A stretch of 64,000 bases of DNA from Eledone cirrhosa (Eukaryota), in the NCBI GenBank assembly GCA_964016885.1, contig OZ024741.1:382602001-382666000 (forward strand), read 5' to 3'. Under the pieces are notes generated by a model, which was not told where the DNA came from, made no database searches, and saw nothing but the letters and a program-made list of their open reading frames with translations. Each line of letters begins with the position of its first letter. Position 1 is the first letter of the stretch. This document shows positions 24,875 through 39,237 of this stretch, piece after piece. The position numbers and the translations under genes are program-made.

Positions 24875-24990
24875 ATTTAACACGTGTTTCAACATCGGGT
24901 CAGTTCACAATGTCTACGATAGGTCTTTAGAAATTAAATTTTCGACTCATTCCCTCACAATAATCTTTTATTTAACGAATCTTCAGAAAA
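24875..24990 (-). ncRNA. Hammerhead-ribozyme-like motif with a long stem II region (PLE pLTR type)
   Basis: The minus strand reads TTTT-CTGAAGA...GAA-ACACGTGT-T-AAAT, with palindromic helix III. Stem II pairing is poor. Confidence 0.45.
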
Positions 24991-25223
24991 TAAATACAAT
25001 TTTTAGAATTTCAGTGATACTAGTATCGAGTATAAAGAGGAAGGATTGATAAGTTGACCTACGGACTTCCGGCAATTATTGGTGCTAAAACATTCCTTAT
25101 GACAACCTATTAACCCATTTATTTTTTTATATTCGATGTATCACAGAAATTCTAAAATTAATATCGCCAAAGAACTCTCATAGATATTGTTTGTTTTTCA
25201 TGACATGTTGACTTATACGTTAT

Positions 25224-25297
<74 letters not shown>

Positions 25298-25440
25298 TAT
25301 TCAGGTTTGAGGTTCACCACTGGATAGAGCTGGTCAATTCCGTATGGTCAATCTCAATATAATAATATGGAGAGTACTCAACGTAAAGCAGTTCAACCGT
25401 CTTTGTTTTTGTAGTCGGTGGTGCTAGTACGGAATTAAAT

Positions 25441-28279
25441 ATTATAATGAAATGTCAGGAGGCTGGACTTGTGTAAATCCTTGAAAAGGTTTATTATACT
25501 ATGATCATTACAATGACCGGGTTCCGTATGAATCCGGTGATATCATCAGGTATTCGAAATAAAATAAGTGAATAATAGATAAAATCCATGGGGCTGAAAA
25601 TCAAAGACCCGAGGACGACCGCCATCCAGCATCTTCCACCTTTGCCGGTCGCCCTCGAGTGACGTGGCTAAATAGAGGAAAACAGAAAGGAATAGGAACA
25701 TAAGTCAGCGTTAATATCATGCCACAAGAAAAAAGAAAGAAAGAAAGAAGAGAGAAGAAGGGGAAGGAAGAAAAGGAAGAAGAAAAGAAGCCAGGGTTAA
25801 TGTCAGCTATAAGAAGAAAGACCGAAAGAAAGAGGAGGAAAGGTCGGCATTACAGTCAGGCCAGGAATGTCGCGAAAAAAATGTTTATACTCAGGGACCC
25901 GCATCTTAACAACTACTACCGGTCAAATATAGGCAAACAAAAAGGGGGAGGAAGATAAGTCAGCGTTAATATCATGCCACAAGGAGAAAGACAGAAAGAA
26001 GGGAGAAGAGAAGGAAGAAAAGGAAGAAGAAGAAAAGTCAGGGTTGATGGCTACAAGAAGAAAGATAGAAAGAAAGAGGAAGACGGTCGATATTAATGTC
26101 AGACTACAGTCAGGCCTGGAATGGCGCGAAAAAAATATTTTCAAAGGGACCCGTATCTTAGCAGAGGTAAATATAGTGGGGGTCAGTATGTTATAATGTG
26201 TGAGCAGAAGGTTGGAACGTTACATTTTTGTTTAGACTTATAGGATGAAGTTAAAAAATTAATATTTAATATTAACATTATAAAATTAAAGAAATTAGAA
26301 AATTGAAAGTGAAACAGTTTAACAGTTTTAAGGTTGCGAGGTTTAAGCAAAGAAAGAGACTTTTATGAAGACACTTAAATTTGATTATAGAGTAAAGACT
26401 ATGTCTTTGTTTAGCCGTCAAACAGCATGCGGCGACTACAAGCTTGGGCAGCCCATCACTCCGAGTGATATCGCCTAGCGAAAGATATGGAAATCGATTT
26501 TTCCGAGCACTCTAGGAATGTATAACAGGCTTCAGGTGCGCCAACAGGAAGTCAGCCCACATCATTAGGCCATTCTTGTACAAAACCAGTACTATTCCTT
26601 TACCCAGGAGGGGGATTTACTTAAGTAGAGGGAGGCGTGATACATCTAATAGTTCTGATTTGATCTGTAATTTAAAGGTACTATATGGCGGTCAAAATAC
26701 CGGCTGCGCGCCGGGCCCCTGGGGCGAATCAAACCACTCCGAGTAGTTTCATTTACCGAAAGACGGGGAAATTTATTTTTCCAAGCACACAAGGTAGGCC
26801 TATGCGCCAGGGGCCGGTCCCGCCGCCAGGAAAACCAACCCAACAGTCCGACAGAAAGTTGGATCGTTAAAATATTGTTTAGATTTATAGGATGAAATTG
26901 AAAGAATTCAGAATAACATTATAAAATTAAAGAGTAAGAAGATTGAGAATTGAACAATTAGAAAATTGAAAATTAAACATTTAAAACACTTTTTTATGGT
27001 TTTGGGTTGTGGGGTTTAGTTAAAGAGAGTCTTTTATGAAGAAACGTTAATTGTATTATGTAGATCTTCTATAAGTTATCCTAGTGGGATTTAGAGTAAG
27101 GGATATAGTCGGGTAATATTTATTTTTGTTCTCAGGGGGAGACATTCTAGTGTCGTGTGCTAATGGGTACAAGTGAGTAAAAGTCCCAATAAGAGGAGTA
27201 GAAATACATGGACAAATAGAAGTAGAATACGTGGAAAAGCACATTAATAAAGCAAAGGTGTAAAGATATAAATAAACCAACAAGAGTGGTGGTGGAGTGA
27301 GTGGAGAAATCAAGACATAGGAGAAATACAATATAGTTCAGGTTGCAGTATTTATGTTCCCAGGGGGAGACATTCTAGTGTCGTGTGCTAATGGGTACAC
27401 GCGACTAAAAGTCCGAATAAGAGAATTAAAAAGTACATGGATGTATAGAAGTAGAATACGTGGAAAAAACATTAATACAGCAAAGGTAGAAAGATATAAA
27501 AATATAAATAAACAAACAAGAGTGGTGGTGGAGTAAATGGAGAGATCAAGACACAGGAGAAATACAATATAGTTCAAGTTGCAGTCAGATAATGCATATA
27601 GATGTGGAAATGGAATCAGTGTGTGTTCGAGTCTGTGAATTCAGTGTGAGTTACACATGCCCTGAAGTATAGGGTAGCGAATTTAGTCAATACAGTACAG
27701 TACAATACATGTTATGGTATAATCCGTAGAGTTTCGTCGAAGTCTGAATATTCTGAGAGGGAAGTAGCAATGGGCCAGGTGGGCGGTAGGCAAAATCACT
27801 GAGTAGCCAAAATCCGAATGGTGGTTAGATATATTCAGTCCCATGCCGCTGTTCATTATTACATTTGGAAGTGCTCAACATTTCAGGAGCATTATTTATT
27901 CAGGTTTCTCTTTTTCTTCCGTTTCTTCCTTCCCCTTTCTCTTCTCTCTCCTTTCTTTCTTTCTTTTTTCTTGTGGCATGATATTAACGCTGACTTATGT
28001 TCCTATTCCTTTCTGTTTTACTTTATTTGACCGGTAGTAGCACACTGTAAGCTTTGGCCACGTCATTCGAGGGCGACCGGCAAAGGTGGAAGATGCTGGA
28101 TGGCGGTCGTCTTTGGGTCTTTGATTTTCAGCCCCATGGATTTTATCTATTACATTCACTTATTATATTTCGAATACCTGTTGATATCACCAGATTCATA
28201 CGGAACCCGATCATTGAAATGATCATAGTATAATAAACCTTTCAAGGATCTACACAAGTCCAGCCTCTTGTCATTTCAT

Positions 28280-28283
<4 letters not shown>
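25441..28283. mobile_element. ~2.8-kb fold-back element (arms ~25441-25790 / 27905-28283), probably derived from a PLE pLTR, with internal direct repeats
   Basis: The arms are diverged reverse complements. A degenerate hammerhead CTGATGA-TAT...ATAC-GGAACCCGGTC lies at 25512-25553(-) with its mirror at ~28176-28215(+). The right end is in (TA)n. Confidence 0.7.
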
Positions 28284-28347
<64 letters not shown>

Positions 28348-28559
28348 CGCCAATTGGCCATATATATAAAGCGCCAATTGCTCTCAACTTACACCTGTGC
28401 ATTCACAGGCTCATCATGGGATTAGCTCCGAAATGAAACCACGCAACTGCTGTTTTGGTAATAACATATTTTAAGTCCTAAAGAAATATATATTTTTATG
28501 TGAGTGTGCCTATGAATTTCTGCCTTGGTGTACATCGTAAATAATTATTATTTGATACT

Positions 28560-29245
28560 GGAATGTTTCTCTAATTTTCATTGTTTTCTCTGAATGTCGT
28601 TCAGAACGAATGTACGCAATTCTACAACAATTGGAACATGCTTTACAATCCAATTATGGGTCCATCTTAATCAGATGAAAGCTGTTGATCTGTAGAACGG
28701 TGATTTTGAATGTTTGATTAAATATTTGATAGCCCTTACTTTTCATCATATCTTCGAACAAGACAATTTCTAGTCCTGAAATTAGAACGGTACAGAATTG
28801 ATAATGTAAGATCTAGCATGTGCTTCTTATTGCCAGTAATTATATGATATACATGAGAACTGGAGATTCAGTTGAGGAAACCCAGCTCTGATGATGCAGA
28901 AATAAATCCCAAAAGGAAATTATAACTAAACATACTATTTAAAGCCCCTAAACTACAATATCTACGATAATATAAAATGTCTTGTTGTCAGATATCTTAT
29001 AAAAACAAATCGGTTAAAACAAATTCTCCATAAGGATTTCATCTGTAGCGCCTTCTGCTCTGGAAAGTAAGTTTTCATTGACGCAATAATTTTCAGTAGA
29101 TACTCACATATTTCGATCGATTGTCGTGGAACATTATTACTGCAAAGAAACGTTTTTCGAGTAAAGTCCTTACCAAAGAGATTACAGGCATAGCCACCAC
29201 TTATTCCTTTCACTTTTACATGCGTTTTCCTATTTTTAATCACAA
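28560..29245 (-). pseudogene. Possible highly decayed hAT (Buster/Charlie-like) transposase remnant
   Basis: CSNNVPRQSIEI...ALQMKS...FVFIRY loosely resembles the SNNTVxRRIxE...ALQxDES...VFIRY pattern. Weak. Confidence 0.3.
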
Positions 29246-29289
29246 GACTGCGAGAGAGTTCTGTTCGTATGTGGTTAATATATATATAT

Positions 29290-29487
29290 AGGAAAATGTA
29301 TGACCCCGACGGTAGAGCTCAAGCCGTTTCGACGGCTATTTCTGGACTCTAGAAATAGCCGTCGAAACGGCTTGAGCTCTGCCGTCGGGGTCATAAATGT
29401 TCCTATTACCCACTCTACTACCCTAAGTATTGTGTTTCTCTGTTGCGTTATGGTCCATCTGGTTCCTTACCACAACTCCTTCGTTAT
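29290..29487. mobile_element. Mini fold-back element (GCCGTCGAAACGGC family)
   Basis: Short arm, hairpin centre CTGGACTCTAG and long arm ending CCTTCGTT, with (TA)n on both sides. Confidence 0.8.
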
Positions 29488-29541
29488 ATATATATATGAA
29501 AAAGAACACAAGAGCGTCTACAACATCAACAGATTTTTATT

Positions 29542-29588
29542 GGCTTACAATGTTTCTTCCTTACGTAACCTTAGGATTCGTCAGAGTT
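29542..29588 (-). ncRNA. Minimal hammerhead motif in the inverted pLTR copy
   Basis: CT-CTGACGA-ATCCT...AGGAA-GAA-ACATTGT-A-AG on the minus strand. Confidence 0.6.
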
Positions 29589-31667
29589 ATAAAAGGGGTT
29601 TGATTGGTGTTATGGACGCTACCAAGCAAACATTCAATAACAAAGAGTAAAGAGAGTAAAGAGCAAAAGTAGGGGACGATAAGTCTAATTTTGGTGCGGG
29701 AGGGTGGGGTGTGGGTCCTTGTTTACTAGCTACGGTCATATTAATTCCCGGGAGTCGGGTGGTTAGCTGAACCATAGATGGGGTGGCGTCGATAGTATGG
29801 TGCAGAGGGTGCGCAGAGGCTACACAAACACAAAGGGCATACAATATATATATATATATATATATATAGCGGAGGAGAAAGTACATGAGGTAATTAGAAA
29901 TGGAAAAAGAGTAATAATAATAATCTATAATTAATACTGTATAATAACGCATGGGGAAGATTACACTATAATAAGGTACAAAAGTAAGAATAAGGTAAAA
30001 TATAAAGGAGGATAAAAGTGGAAATAATAAAGATAAAAAAATAAAGATAAAAAATATATAGAGAATATATAAAGAAATGTAAGCGAATATTTGGAGAGGA
30101 AAACACAATGTAAAAAAACCGATTTTTTCAAATAATAATAAAAATATAATAATTATGGGCGGAGAAAACGGGATAGAGAAATATGATCAAGTGTGATTAG
30201 TTGAGAGAATATAAGATGATAATAGTTATGTCAAGTTTATACATCTTAATAAAAAATAATCTGTGTATCAGAGTTGCAGAACCTTCAATTCACTTACGGG
30301 TTCAAGCCACGTGGCATGGTCCATTGTTTATCTATGCGGTCATGCGTGTTTGTTTTTGACACCACAGCAGATGCAACAGTTCGTAAATTCCAATGCAGAT
30401 AGAAATCTATTTTTGCTCACCCGGACATTAACGGATGATCCAATATTCCTAGTTCAATATGTGTTTGGTGTTATTTTGGTCGCACAAATCAATCACTTGG
30501 TTCAATATTATGGAGTATGGCTTTCTGGTCTTCGTAACAGTGTCAGTGGTTGTATATCTGGAAATTACAAGGATCACAGTACTCCGGTTTGGTGGTATTA
30601 TCGGTCATCCAGCTATGTTGTTGGTGGTTGGATTCAATTCTATTCGCCCGAACGTTGAATTTTGGTGTCGATAGGACATTAACGAGGCAGGGTGAGATCG
30701 CATCTGTGGTACAAAACGGTACGCAAGGAAATTCTTCGTCTTCGTTTCATCCGGGTCCAGCAGTCACGTGCAAGAACCGCTACGTAGTAATTGTGGGGTT
30801 AATCGGTCAAGTCAGCAACTGACCGAAATTCAGGCAGGCATGACAGGCACATTTAGGTCGGCAGCTTCTTTATGTGTAAGTGTGTCCAACACACACAGAC
30901 ACATTTATTTGTATTTCAACTAAAAAAACTAAATTGATTCAGCCACTGGTACTACAATCGGTCAGGACAGCAACTGGCCGACAATTCCCTTATGGAATTC
31001 AGACAGGCATGACAGGTATATTTAGGTCAGCAGCTTCTATTATCATCTTATATTCTCTCAACTAATCACACTTGATCATATTTCTCTATCCCGTTTTCTC
31101 CACTCATAATTATTATATTTTTATTATTATTTGAAAAAATCGTTTTTTTTACATTGTGTTTTCCCCTCCAAATATTCGCTTACATTTCTTTATATATTCT
31201 CTATATATTTTTTATCTTTATTTTTTTATCTTTATTATTTCCACTTTTATCCTGCTTTATATTTTACCTTATCCTTACTTTTATACCTTATTGTAGTGTA
31301 ATCCTCCCCATGCCTTATTATACACTATTAATTATAGATTATTATTATTACTCTTTTTCCATTTCTAATTACCTCATGTACTTTCTCCTCCGCTATATAT
31401 ATATATATATATTGTATGCCCTTTGTGTTTGTGTAGCCTCTGCGAACCCTGTGCACCATACTATCGACGCCACCCCATCTATGCTTCAGCTAACCACCCG
31501 ACTCCCGGGAATGTATATGACCGCAGCTAGTAAACAAGGACCCACACCCTACCCTCCCGCACCAACATTAGACTTATCGTCCCCTACTTTTGCTCTTTAC
31601 TCTCTTTACTCTTTGTTCTTGAATGTTTGGTTGGTAGCGTCCATAACACCAATCAAACCCCTTTTAT

Positions 31668-31714
31668 AACTCTGACGAATCATAAGGTTACGTAAGGAAG
31701 AAACATTGTAAGCC
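31668..31714 (+). ncRNA. Minimal hammerhead motif in the 5' pLTR
   Basis: CTGACGA at 31672-31678 and GAAACATTGTA at 31700-31710. One stem II mismatch. Confidence 0.55.
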
Positions 31715-31937
31715 AATAAATATCTTTTGATGTTGTAGACGCTCTTGTGTTCTTTTTCATATATACGGCTCTGCTCCAAAGCATAGAGCTAATTATTATG
31801 CTGCCAATACCTTAATGGGACACGGGTATACAATACCTAACTCCTATTAACCTAAGTATTTCTACGGCCCCCCCCGGTTGAGCTAAATCCTTATAACCTG
31901 TCCACCTTGTGTGTATGATTATAATTGATTGGCAGCA

Positions 31938-34477
31938 TGCTAACTAAAGACTACCTACCTATATCACTCAAGAACATCCCAACCCCATCTAGGACTACTT
32001 ATGAGAAATTACTGATAGCTCGTGTCAACTCCTTCGTTAAGCGTATTAGATGGCGCACTTTCCACTTCGATAAGAGAAATAAGAAATTAACCACAGTGTC
32101 CCCCAATAACAAATTCGGTTTTAAAACCTATAGGAGCCCGCCCCATAACTCCATGCTAGATGGATTTGAGAATTACCTCCTATCACTAGTAAGGAATATT
32201 AAGTTTAAAAACCCCCATGGGAATAGCAACAAATTCCGGATGAAACTGGAAACCTTAGTTAAGGACTTTAACGATAAAAGAGATATCCTGGTCACCTCGG
32301 ATAAACCAGAAATATTTATAGCTTAAATTATGATACGTATCGTAGGTTTATATACAATGAATTAAATAGAAACTATAAAAAGACAACAAGCGCAAACTTA
32401 GATGAAATTAATAAGGAAGCATGTGCCATAGTGGATAAACTAGGTCTGGAAAAGTATACCCAACCATATACCCCTAGGCAACACAGGTTCACCCTTAAAG
32501 ACCATAAGGCTGACTTCATTAGTAAACCCTCTGTTAGATTAATTAGCCCATCGAAGTCAGATATAGGAATTATCAGTAAGAACATTTTAGACGGCGTTAT
32601 ACCCACCATCAGGAGGAAAATATTTCTAGAGCTATGGGAGAATACGGAAGAGGTTTTGAAATTGTTCTCAAGCCTTAGCAACCATAAATCCCTTAAATTT
32701 ATACAATTCGACATCGATGCGTACTACACCTCAATCTCCCCCATACTCCTTAATAATCCCTAATCATGGCCATGCAGAAAAGTGACCTCACTAGGTCTCA
32801 AATTGATGTCATTCTTGCGGCCTGGAAAACGATAATCACATTTGAGGATGAATTGTAGACCCGCAAGAATACGCCCAGTAACTTCGACACCACAATGGGA
32901 TCTAGTGACTCTGCACAAGTAACGGACCTGGTAGGATTGTACCTCTTAAAGGAGTTACACGAGACATTACCACACTTGAAGGGCGGATTATACCGTGATG
33001 ACGCCCTCCTCACTCTCGAGTATAAAAAGTGCAATATAGAAAGAACTAGGAAACAATTACGTAGGTTCTTTAAAAACTTTAATCTAAGTATTACCATAGA
33101 TGCAAATGATAAAACAGTAAACTTCCTAGACGCCACCCTTGACCTAGAAAGTAAAACATTTGCACCCTACCATAAACCTAACGATAGACTAACATATGTA
33201 AACGCCAGCTCTAACCACCCCAAATCAGTCCTAAACGCTATTCCCAAGGGGGTCTCTAATAGAATTAGCAGACTGTCCTGTAATGAGAGTATCTTCAACT
33301 CCAATGCAGAGTATTATGACAAGGCGCTAGCAGAATCTGGTTACGGGAGTAGATTATCATATATACATAAGGACTCTCAAACCATGAGTGTGAAACCTAC
33401 CAACATAATCACACATAGTATGGCCACAAAGCCTAACCAACTTAGAGGCAAGAATAATAGTAAGAACCCTAATGGCGGTAACCCAGCTAAATGTAAACCA
33501 CGTAAAGACAATACTAGAGTCCCCCACCACAACTCTAAAACAGTAAATGATCACGCCATGAATATAAACCATCCGGGCTTAAGCAAAACAGACAACGCAA
33601 CTAACGTTAATAACGGAACCCTACAAAATAGTACGCACAGTAGCGAGACTCACCCCACAGATAAGAAAAATAGAAGAAGGAAAAACATGTATTTTAACCC
33701 ACCTTTTAACTCTGAGGTCCTCACTAACCTCTCCAGAGTATTCTTCTCATTATTGGAAAAAAACTTCCCACCAGGCAATAGATATCGCAACATAATTAAC
33801 AAAAACGTAATTAAATTATCCTATTCTACCACACCTAACCTCGCATCACACCTAGCACGCACGAACATTAGGAAAACTAGGGAAGGCTTCGAAGCAATTA
33901 AAATGGCGGTTAACCACCAGCAACCGACTACACTGGAAAATGGGCAACATAATAGCATCAATGAGCCATCTAATGATATAGAGGCACCTAGTGATAATGC
34001 TAGTAACCAAACTTCGGGAGCTAAGCTAACTAATCGAACTCGCAGTTGCAATTGTAGGCGGAGTAGTAACTGTCCCCTAAGGGGGGATTGCCTCATGAAA
34101 AACATAGTATATGCATGTGACGTAACCACACACAACTCTACCAAAACATATATAGGAGCAACGTCCAATACATTTAAAACTAGATTTAACGCGCATATGT
34201 ACACATTTAGACACGATAGACATAAGAATGCCTACCTCACTGGCGGGATACATCTTCTTTTAAAAAAATAATAGTACCCCATACAAACTTTTTTGGAGGA
34301 AGCTTACTAGATCCACGCCATACCGACCGCAGATCGGAAGTTGTGACCTGTGTTTACTGGAATGCCATGCCATAATACACTCTAAACTGAACCTGCTTAA
34401 CCAGGAAATCGGAAATTTTCTCCTCTTGCCAACACAAAATCCTGAGTTCCTTCTTCTATTTTAAACCTAGCACATAG
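31938..34477 (+). pseudogene. PLE reverse transcriptase + GIY-YIG endonuclease ORF, disrupted by frameshifts and stops
   Basis: SLKNIP...RIRWR, TSDK, FTLKDHK...RLISP, QFDIDAYY, MGS.DSAQVTDLVG, GLYRDD, VNFLD, SNHP, CNCRRSSNCPLRGDCL (CxCx5C), IVY...YIG...FKTRF..H, CDLC. Confidence 0.9.
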
Positions 34478-36736
34478 ACGTAACATATATCACGCAACCC
34501 CACCTAGACTATAACTTCCCCCCCTTTCCCCCCAACCCGTAACCCAGATAGATAGGTACCCTAAGGGTGGTACAGTCCCCTACAAGGTTGGTGTTTTTGC
34601 GTGTGTGTGTGTGTGTGTGTGTATTCTCCTTTTCTCTCTCACACGCACACACACGCAGACATATGTGTGGGTGTGCGTGCGTGTATGCATGCATGCACGC
34701 ATGTGTGCGTGCATTGTATGCATGTATATTGTATGTATATATATATATATGTATATTGTATGCATGCGTATTATATTGTATGTATGTGTATATGTGACAT
34801 GTATGTGAATATATGTATGTATGCGTATGAGTGTGTATGTGTATGTGTAAGTGTATGATGTGTGTATGTATGTGTATATGTATGTATACTTTTCTGTAGA
34901 AATTCTCTCTATATGTGGTGTGTGGCACGAAATCCTCCTATAATAGTCTTCTCTGAGAGGAGCACGATATGCAGAGTAACACATATGTATTGTCGAAGTT
35001 GAAACTGAGAACCACCACCCCTCATGCTGACCCAAATGTTTACTGAGGACCAGAAATCCATTCTCCGCAGTATAAGAACGAAATGCGCTTGCCGGAATAT
35101 TGATGACCATAACATCACATTCCAAGGTAATGGCAAAACACAATGAATGCTATGCACGACCAGAACACCACAGCATGCACATCCGAGCAACACAGATATA
35201 ATATCAATAGGGGAATCAACTGAATTTTTGAGTTGAAATACATATGGATATGTGTCTGTGTGTATCGGACACACGTACACATAAAGAAGCTGCTGACCTA
35301 AATATACCTGTCATGCCTGTCTGAATTCCATAAGGGAATTGTCGGCCAGTTGCTGTCTTGACCGATTGTAGTACCAGTGGGTGAATCAATAGAGTTTTTT
35401 GAGTTGAAATACATATAAAAATGTGTCTGTGTGTGTCGGACACACGTACACATAAAGAAGCTGCCGACCTAAATGTGCCTGTCATGCCTGCCTGAATTTT
35501 CGGTCAGTTGCTGACTTGACCGATTAACCCCACAATTACTACGTAGCGGTTCTTGCACGTGACTGCTGGACCCGGATGAAACGAAGACGAAGAATTTCCT
35601 TGCGTACCGTTTTGTACCACAGATGCGATCTCACCCTGCCTCGTTAATGTCCTATCGACACCAAAGTTCGACGTTCGGGCGAATAGAATTGAATCCAACC
35701 ACCAACAACATAGCTGGATGACCAATAATCTCACCAAACCGGAGTAATGTGATCCTTGTGATTTCCAGATATACAACCAGTGGCACTGTTACGAAGACCA
35801 GAAAACCATACTCCATAATATTGAACCAAGTGATTGATTTGTGCGACCAAAATAACACCAAACACATATTGAACTAGGAATATTGGATCCTCCGTCAATG
35901 TCCGGGTGAGCAAAAATAGATTTCTATCTGCATTGGAATTTACGAACTTGTGCATCTGCTGTGGTGTCAAAAACAAACGCGCATGACCGCACAGATAAAC
36001 AATGGACCATGCCACGTGGCTTGAACCCGTAAGTGAATTGAAGGTTCTGCAACTCTGATACACAGATTATTTATTATTAAGATGTATAAACTTGACATAA
36101 CTATTATCATCTTATATTCTCTCAAGTAATCACACTTGATCATATTTCTCTATCCCGTTTTCTCCCCCCATAATTATTATATTTTTATTATTATTTGAAA
36201 AAATCGGTTTTTTTACATTGTGTTTTCCCCTCCAAATATTCGCTTACATTTCTTTATATATTCTCTATATATTTTTTATCTTTATTATTTTTTTATCTTT
36301 ATTATTTCCACTTTTATCCTCCTTTATATTTTACCTTATTCTTACTTTTATACCTTATTATAGTGTAACCTTCCCCATGCGTTATTATACACTATTAATT
36401 ATAGATTATTATTATTACTCTTTTTCCATTTCTAATTACCTCATGTACTTTCTCCTCCGCTATATATATATATATATATATTGTATGCCCTTTGTGTTTG
36501 TGTAGCCTCTGCGCACCCTCTGCACCATACTATCGACGCCACCCCATCTATGGTTCAGCTAACCACCCGACTCCCGGGAATGAATATGACCGGAGCTAGT
36601 AAACAAGGACCCACACCCCACCCTCCCGCACCAAAATTAGACATATCGTCCCCTACTTTTGCTCTTTACTCTCTTTACTCTTTGTTCTTGAATGTTTGGT
36701 TGGTAGAGTCCATAACACCAATCAAACCCCTTTTAT

Positions 36737-36783
36737 AGCTCTGACGAATCCTACGGTTATGTAAGGAAGAAACATTGTAATCC
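36737..36783 (+). ncRNA. Minimal hammerhead motif in the 3' pLTR
   Basis: AGCT-CTGACGA-ATCCT...AGGAA-GAAACATTGTA. The consensus of the three copies gives stem I GCT/AGC. Confidence 0.55.
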
Positions 36784-36924
36784 AATAAAAAATGTTTGAT
36801 GTTGTAGACGCTCTTGTGTTCTTTTTCATATATACGGCTCTGCTCCAAAGCATAGAGCTAATTATTATGCTGCCAATACCTTAATGGGACACGGGTATAC
36901 AATACCTAACTCCTATTAACCTAA

Positions 36925-36996
<72 letters not shown>

Positions 36997-37302
36997 CATT
37001 CTAAGCACACTTAAGGTTTATCTAATATTATGGTTGCGCTTCAGAAACAACATAGCTTTGTGGGAATTTATGTTCGATCGTACATGAACATCACCAAACA
37101 ACTCGCGTGTTGTATTCCTTAAATGGTAAATACAATTATATTGCACAATATTTATATAGGTATTGTAGCATATGAATCACATTTCAGAAGCCATTATGTA
37201 TTTAAGAAATATAAGAACTGGAGATGAATTTGAAGATTTAGAAATAATAAGGATGAAAGCAGCGATTCTTCGCTTAAATTTTAATGTTATTTTAATAAAT
37301 AA

Positions 37303-37369
<67 letters not shown>

Positions 37370-37457
37370 TTCAAAAGTTTTATTTAAAATTGTTGGGTTA
37401 CAACAAGTAAATTTTTTTATAACTGATATAAAGCACTCGACGAGTTTTGGGAGTAGA

Positions 37458-39237
37458 TATACGATATTAAACAAATGGAAACTATATTTATAAAACCATA
37501 TTTATTTCATGATACATATTTCAGGGATACCATATTAAAAATATGGCATGCCTTCGTCAGATAAAATACAATATATAAACAGTTTTATAAATAATTTTGA
37601 CGTACCATAATATAAGCGACCGTTAAATTAGGAGGCTGCCTTGGTAGTGATGTTTTTATAATTATTTAGTTATAGTGTTAAGCACAGTTAGAAAAAAGAC
37701 GGAGAAAAAGAAGAAACGGAGGTAAAGAAAAATAGGAGAGAGAGAGAGGGGAGAGAGAAAGACGGAGGAGGTGAAAAAAGAGAGGCAACCGAAAGCAACA
37801 GATGAATAATAATAATTCACCATACATCTAGAGAGATTCAAGAGAGAGGGAGTACTATATATAGAGAGAGTACAGTAATTATTTAGTTATAGTGTTAAGC
37901 ACAGTTAGAGAAAAGACGGAGAGAAAGAAAAAATGGAGATAAAGAGAAAACGGAGAGAAAGAGGGGGGAGGAAAAGAAAGAGAGAGAGAAAATATAACTA
38001 GATAGGGGGAAGTGAAAAAACAAGAGAGAAATAAGAGAGGCAAAACCAAAGCGACAGATACATAATACTTCATCATATATAAAGAGAGAGGAGAAAGAGC
38101 TATATATATAGAGAGAAGGATACAGTTACATCTTTACGTCATGTCATATCAATTTGAATTATCAATTTATATGAAATGGATAATAGAATGTAAATATCGA
38201 TATTCATGAATGAGACATAGATATATAATATGAGAAAATAACTTTGTTCAATAATGACCATATGTTTGGTTTAAAACGCTGAGGTCAATGTACCAAAATC
38301 TGAGATAAACCTTCAAAAAATTACCCTATTTACAAAAATATGGAAATATATATGTATATATACATATATATTTCCGTATTTTTATAAATAGGGTAATTTT
38401 TTGAAGGTTTATCTCAGATTTTGGTACATTGACCTCAGCGTTTTAAACCAAACATATGGTCATTATTGAACAAAGTTATTTTCTCATATTATATATCTAT
38501 GTCTCATTCATGAATATCGATATTTACATTCTATTATCCATTTAATATAAATTGATAATTCAAATTGATATGACATGACGTAAAGATGTAACTGTATCCT
38601 TCTCTCTCTATATATAGCTCTTTCTCCTCTCTCTTTATATATGATGAAGTATTATGTATCTGTCGCTTTGATTTTGCCTCTCTTATTTCTCTCTTGTTTT
38701 TTCACTTCCCCCTATCTAGTTATATTTTCTCTCTCTCTTTCTTTTCCTCCCCCCTCTTTCTCTCCGTTTTCTCTTTATCTCCATTTTTTCTTTCTCTCCG
38801 TCTTTTCTCTAACTGTGCTTAACACTATAACTAAATAATTACTGTACTCTCTCTATATATAGTACTACCTCTCTCTTGAATCTCTCTATTTGTATGGTGA
38901 ATTATTATTATTTATCTGTTGCTTTCGGTTGACTCTCTTTTTTCATCTCCTCCCTCTCTCTCTCTCTGTTTTTCTTTACCTCCGTTTCTTCTTTTTCTCC
39001 GTCTTTTTTCTAACTGCGCTTAACACTATAACTAAATAATTATAAAAACATCACTACCAAGGCAGCCTCCTAATTTAATGGTCGCTTATATTATGGTACG
39101 TCAAATTATTTATAAAACTGTTTATATATTGTATTTTATCTGACGAAGGCATACCATATTTTTAATATGGTATCCCTGAAATATGTATAATGAAATAAAT
39201 ATGGTTTGATAAATATAGTTTCCATTTGTTTAATATC

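Larger units (their letters stand above)
29496..36928 (+). mobile_element. Penelope-like element (Naiad-type), full structure: inverted 5' arm + pLTR + ORF + long 3' region + pLTR
   Basis: 29496-31038 is the reverse complement of ~35284-36832. Direct pLTRs lie at 31039-31859 and 36101-36928, with an RT-GIY-YIG ORF between them and (TA)n at both outer ends. Confidence 0.9.

Noticed and set aside
31938-34477. Selenocysteine (UGA) recoding, reported for some Naiad elements
   Set aside because: The CxCx5C and CxxC cysteines use TGT/TGC in both PLEs. The interruptions seen are frameshifts or TAA/TAG, and no SECIS was recognised.
29587-36738. Repeated hydrophobic 171-173 aa ORFs (MCFPLQIFAY...) as a membrane-protein family
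   Set aside because: They lie within T-rich pLTR copies, lack an ATG start, span a variable (TA)n, and the third copy is frameshifted.
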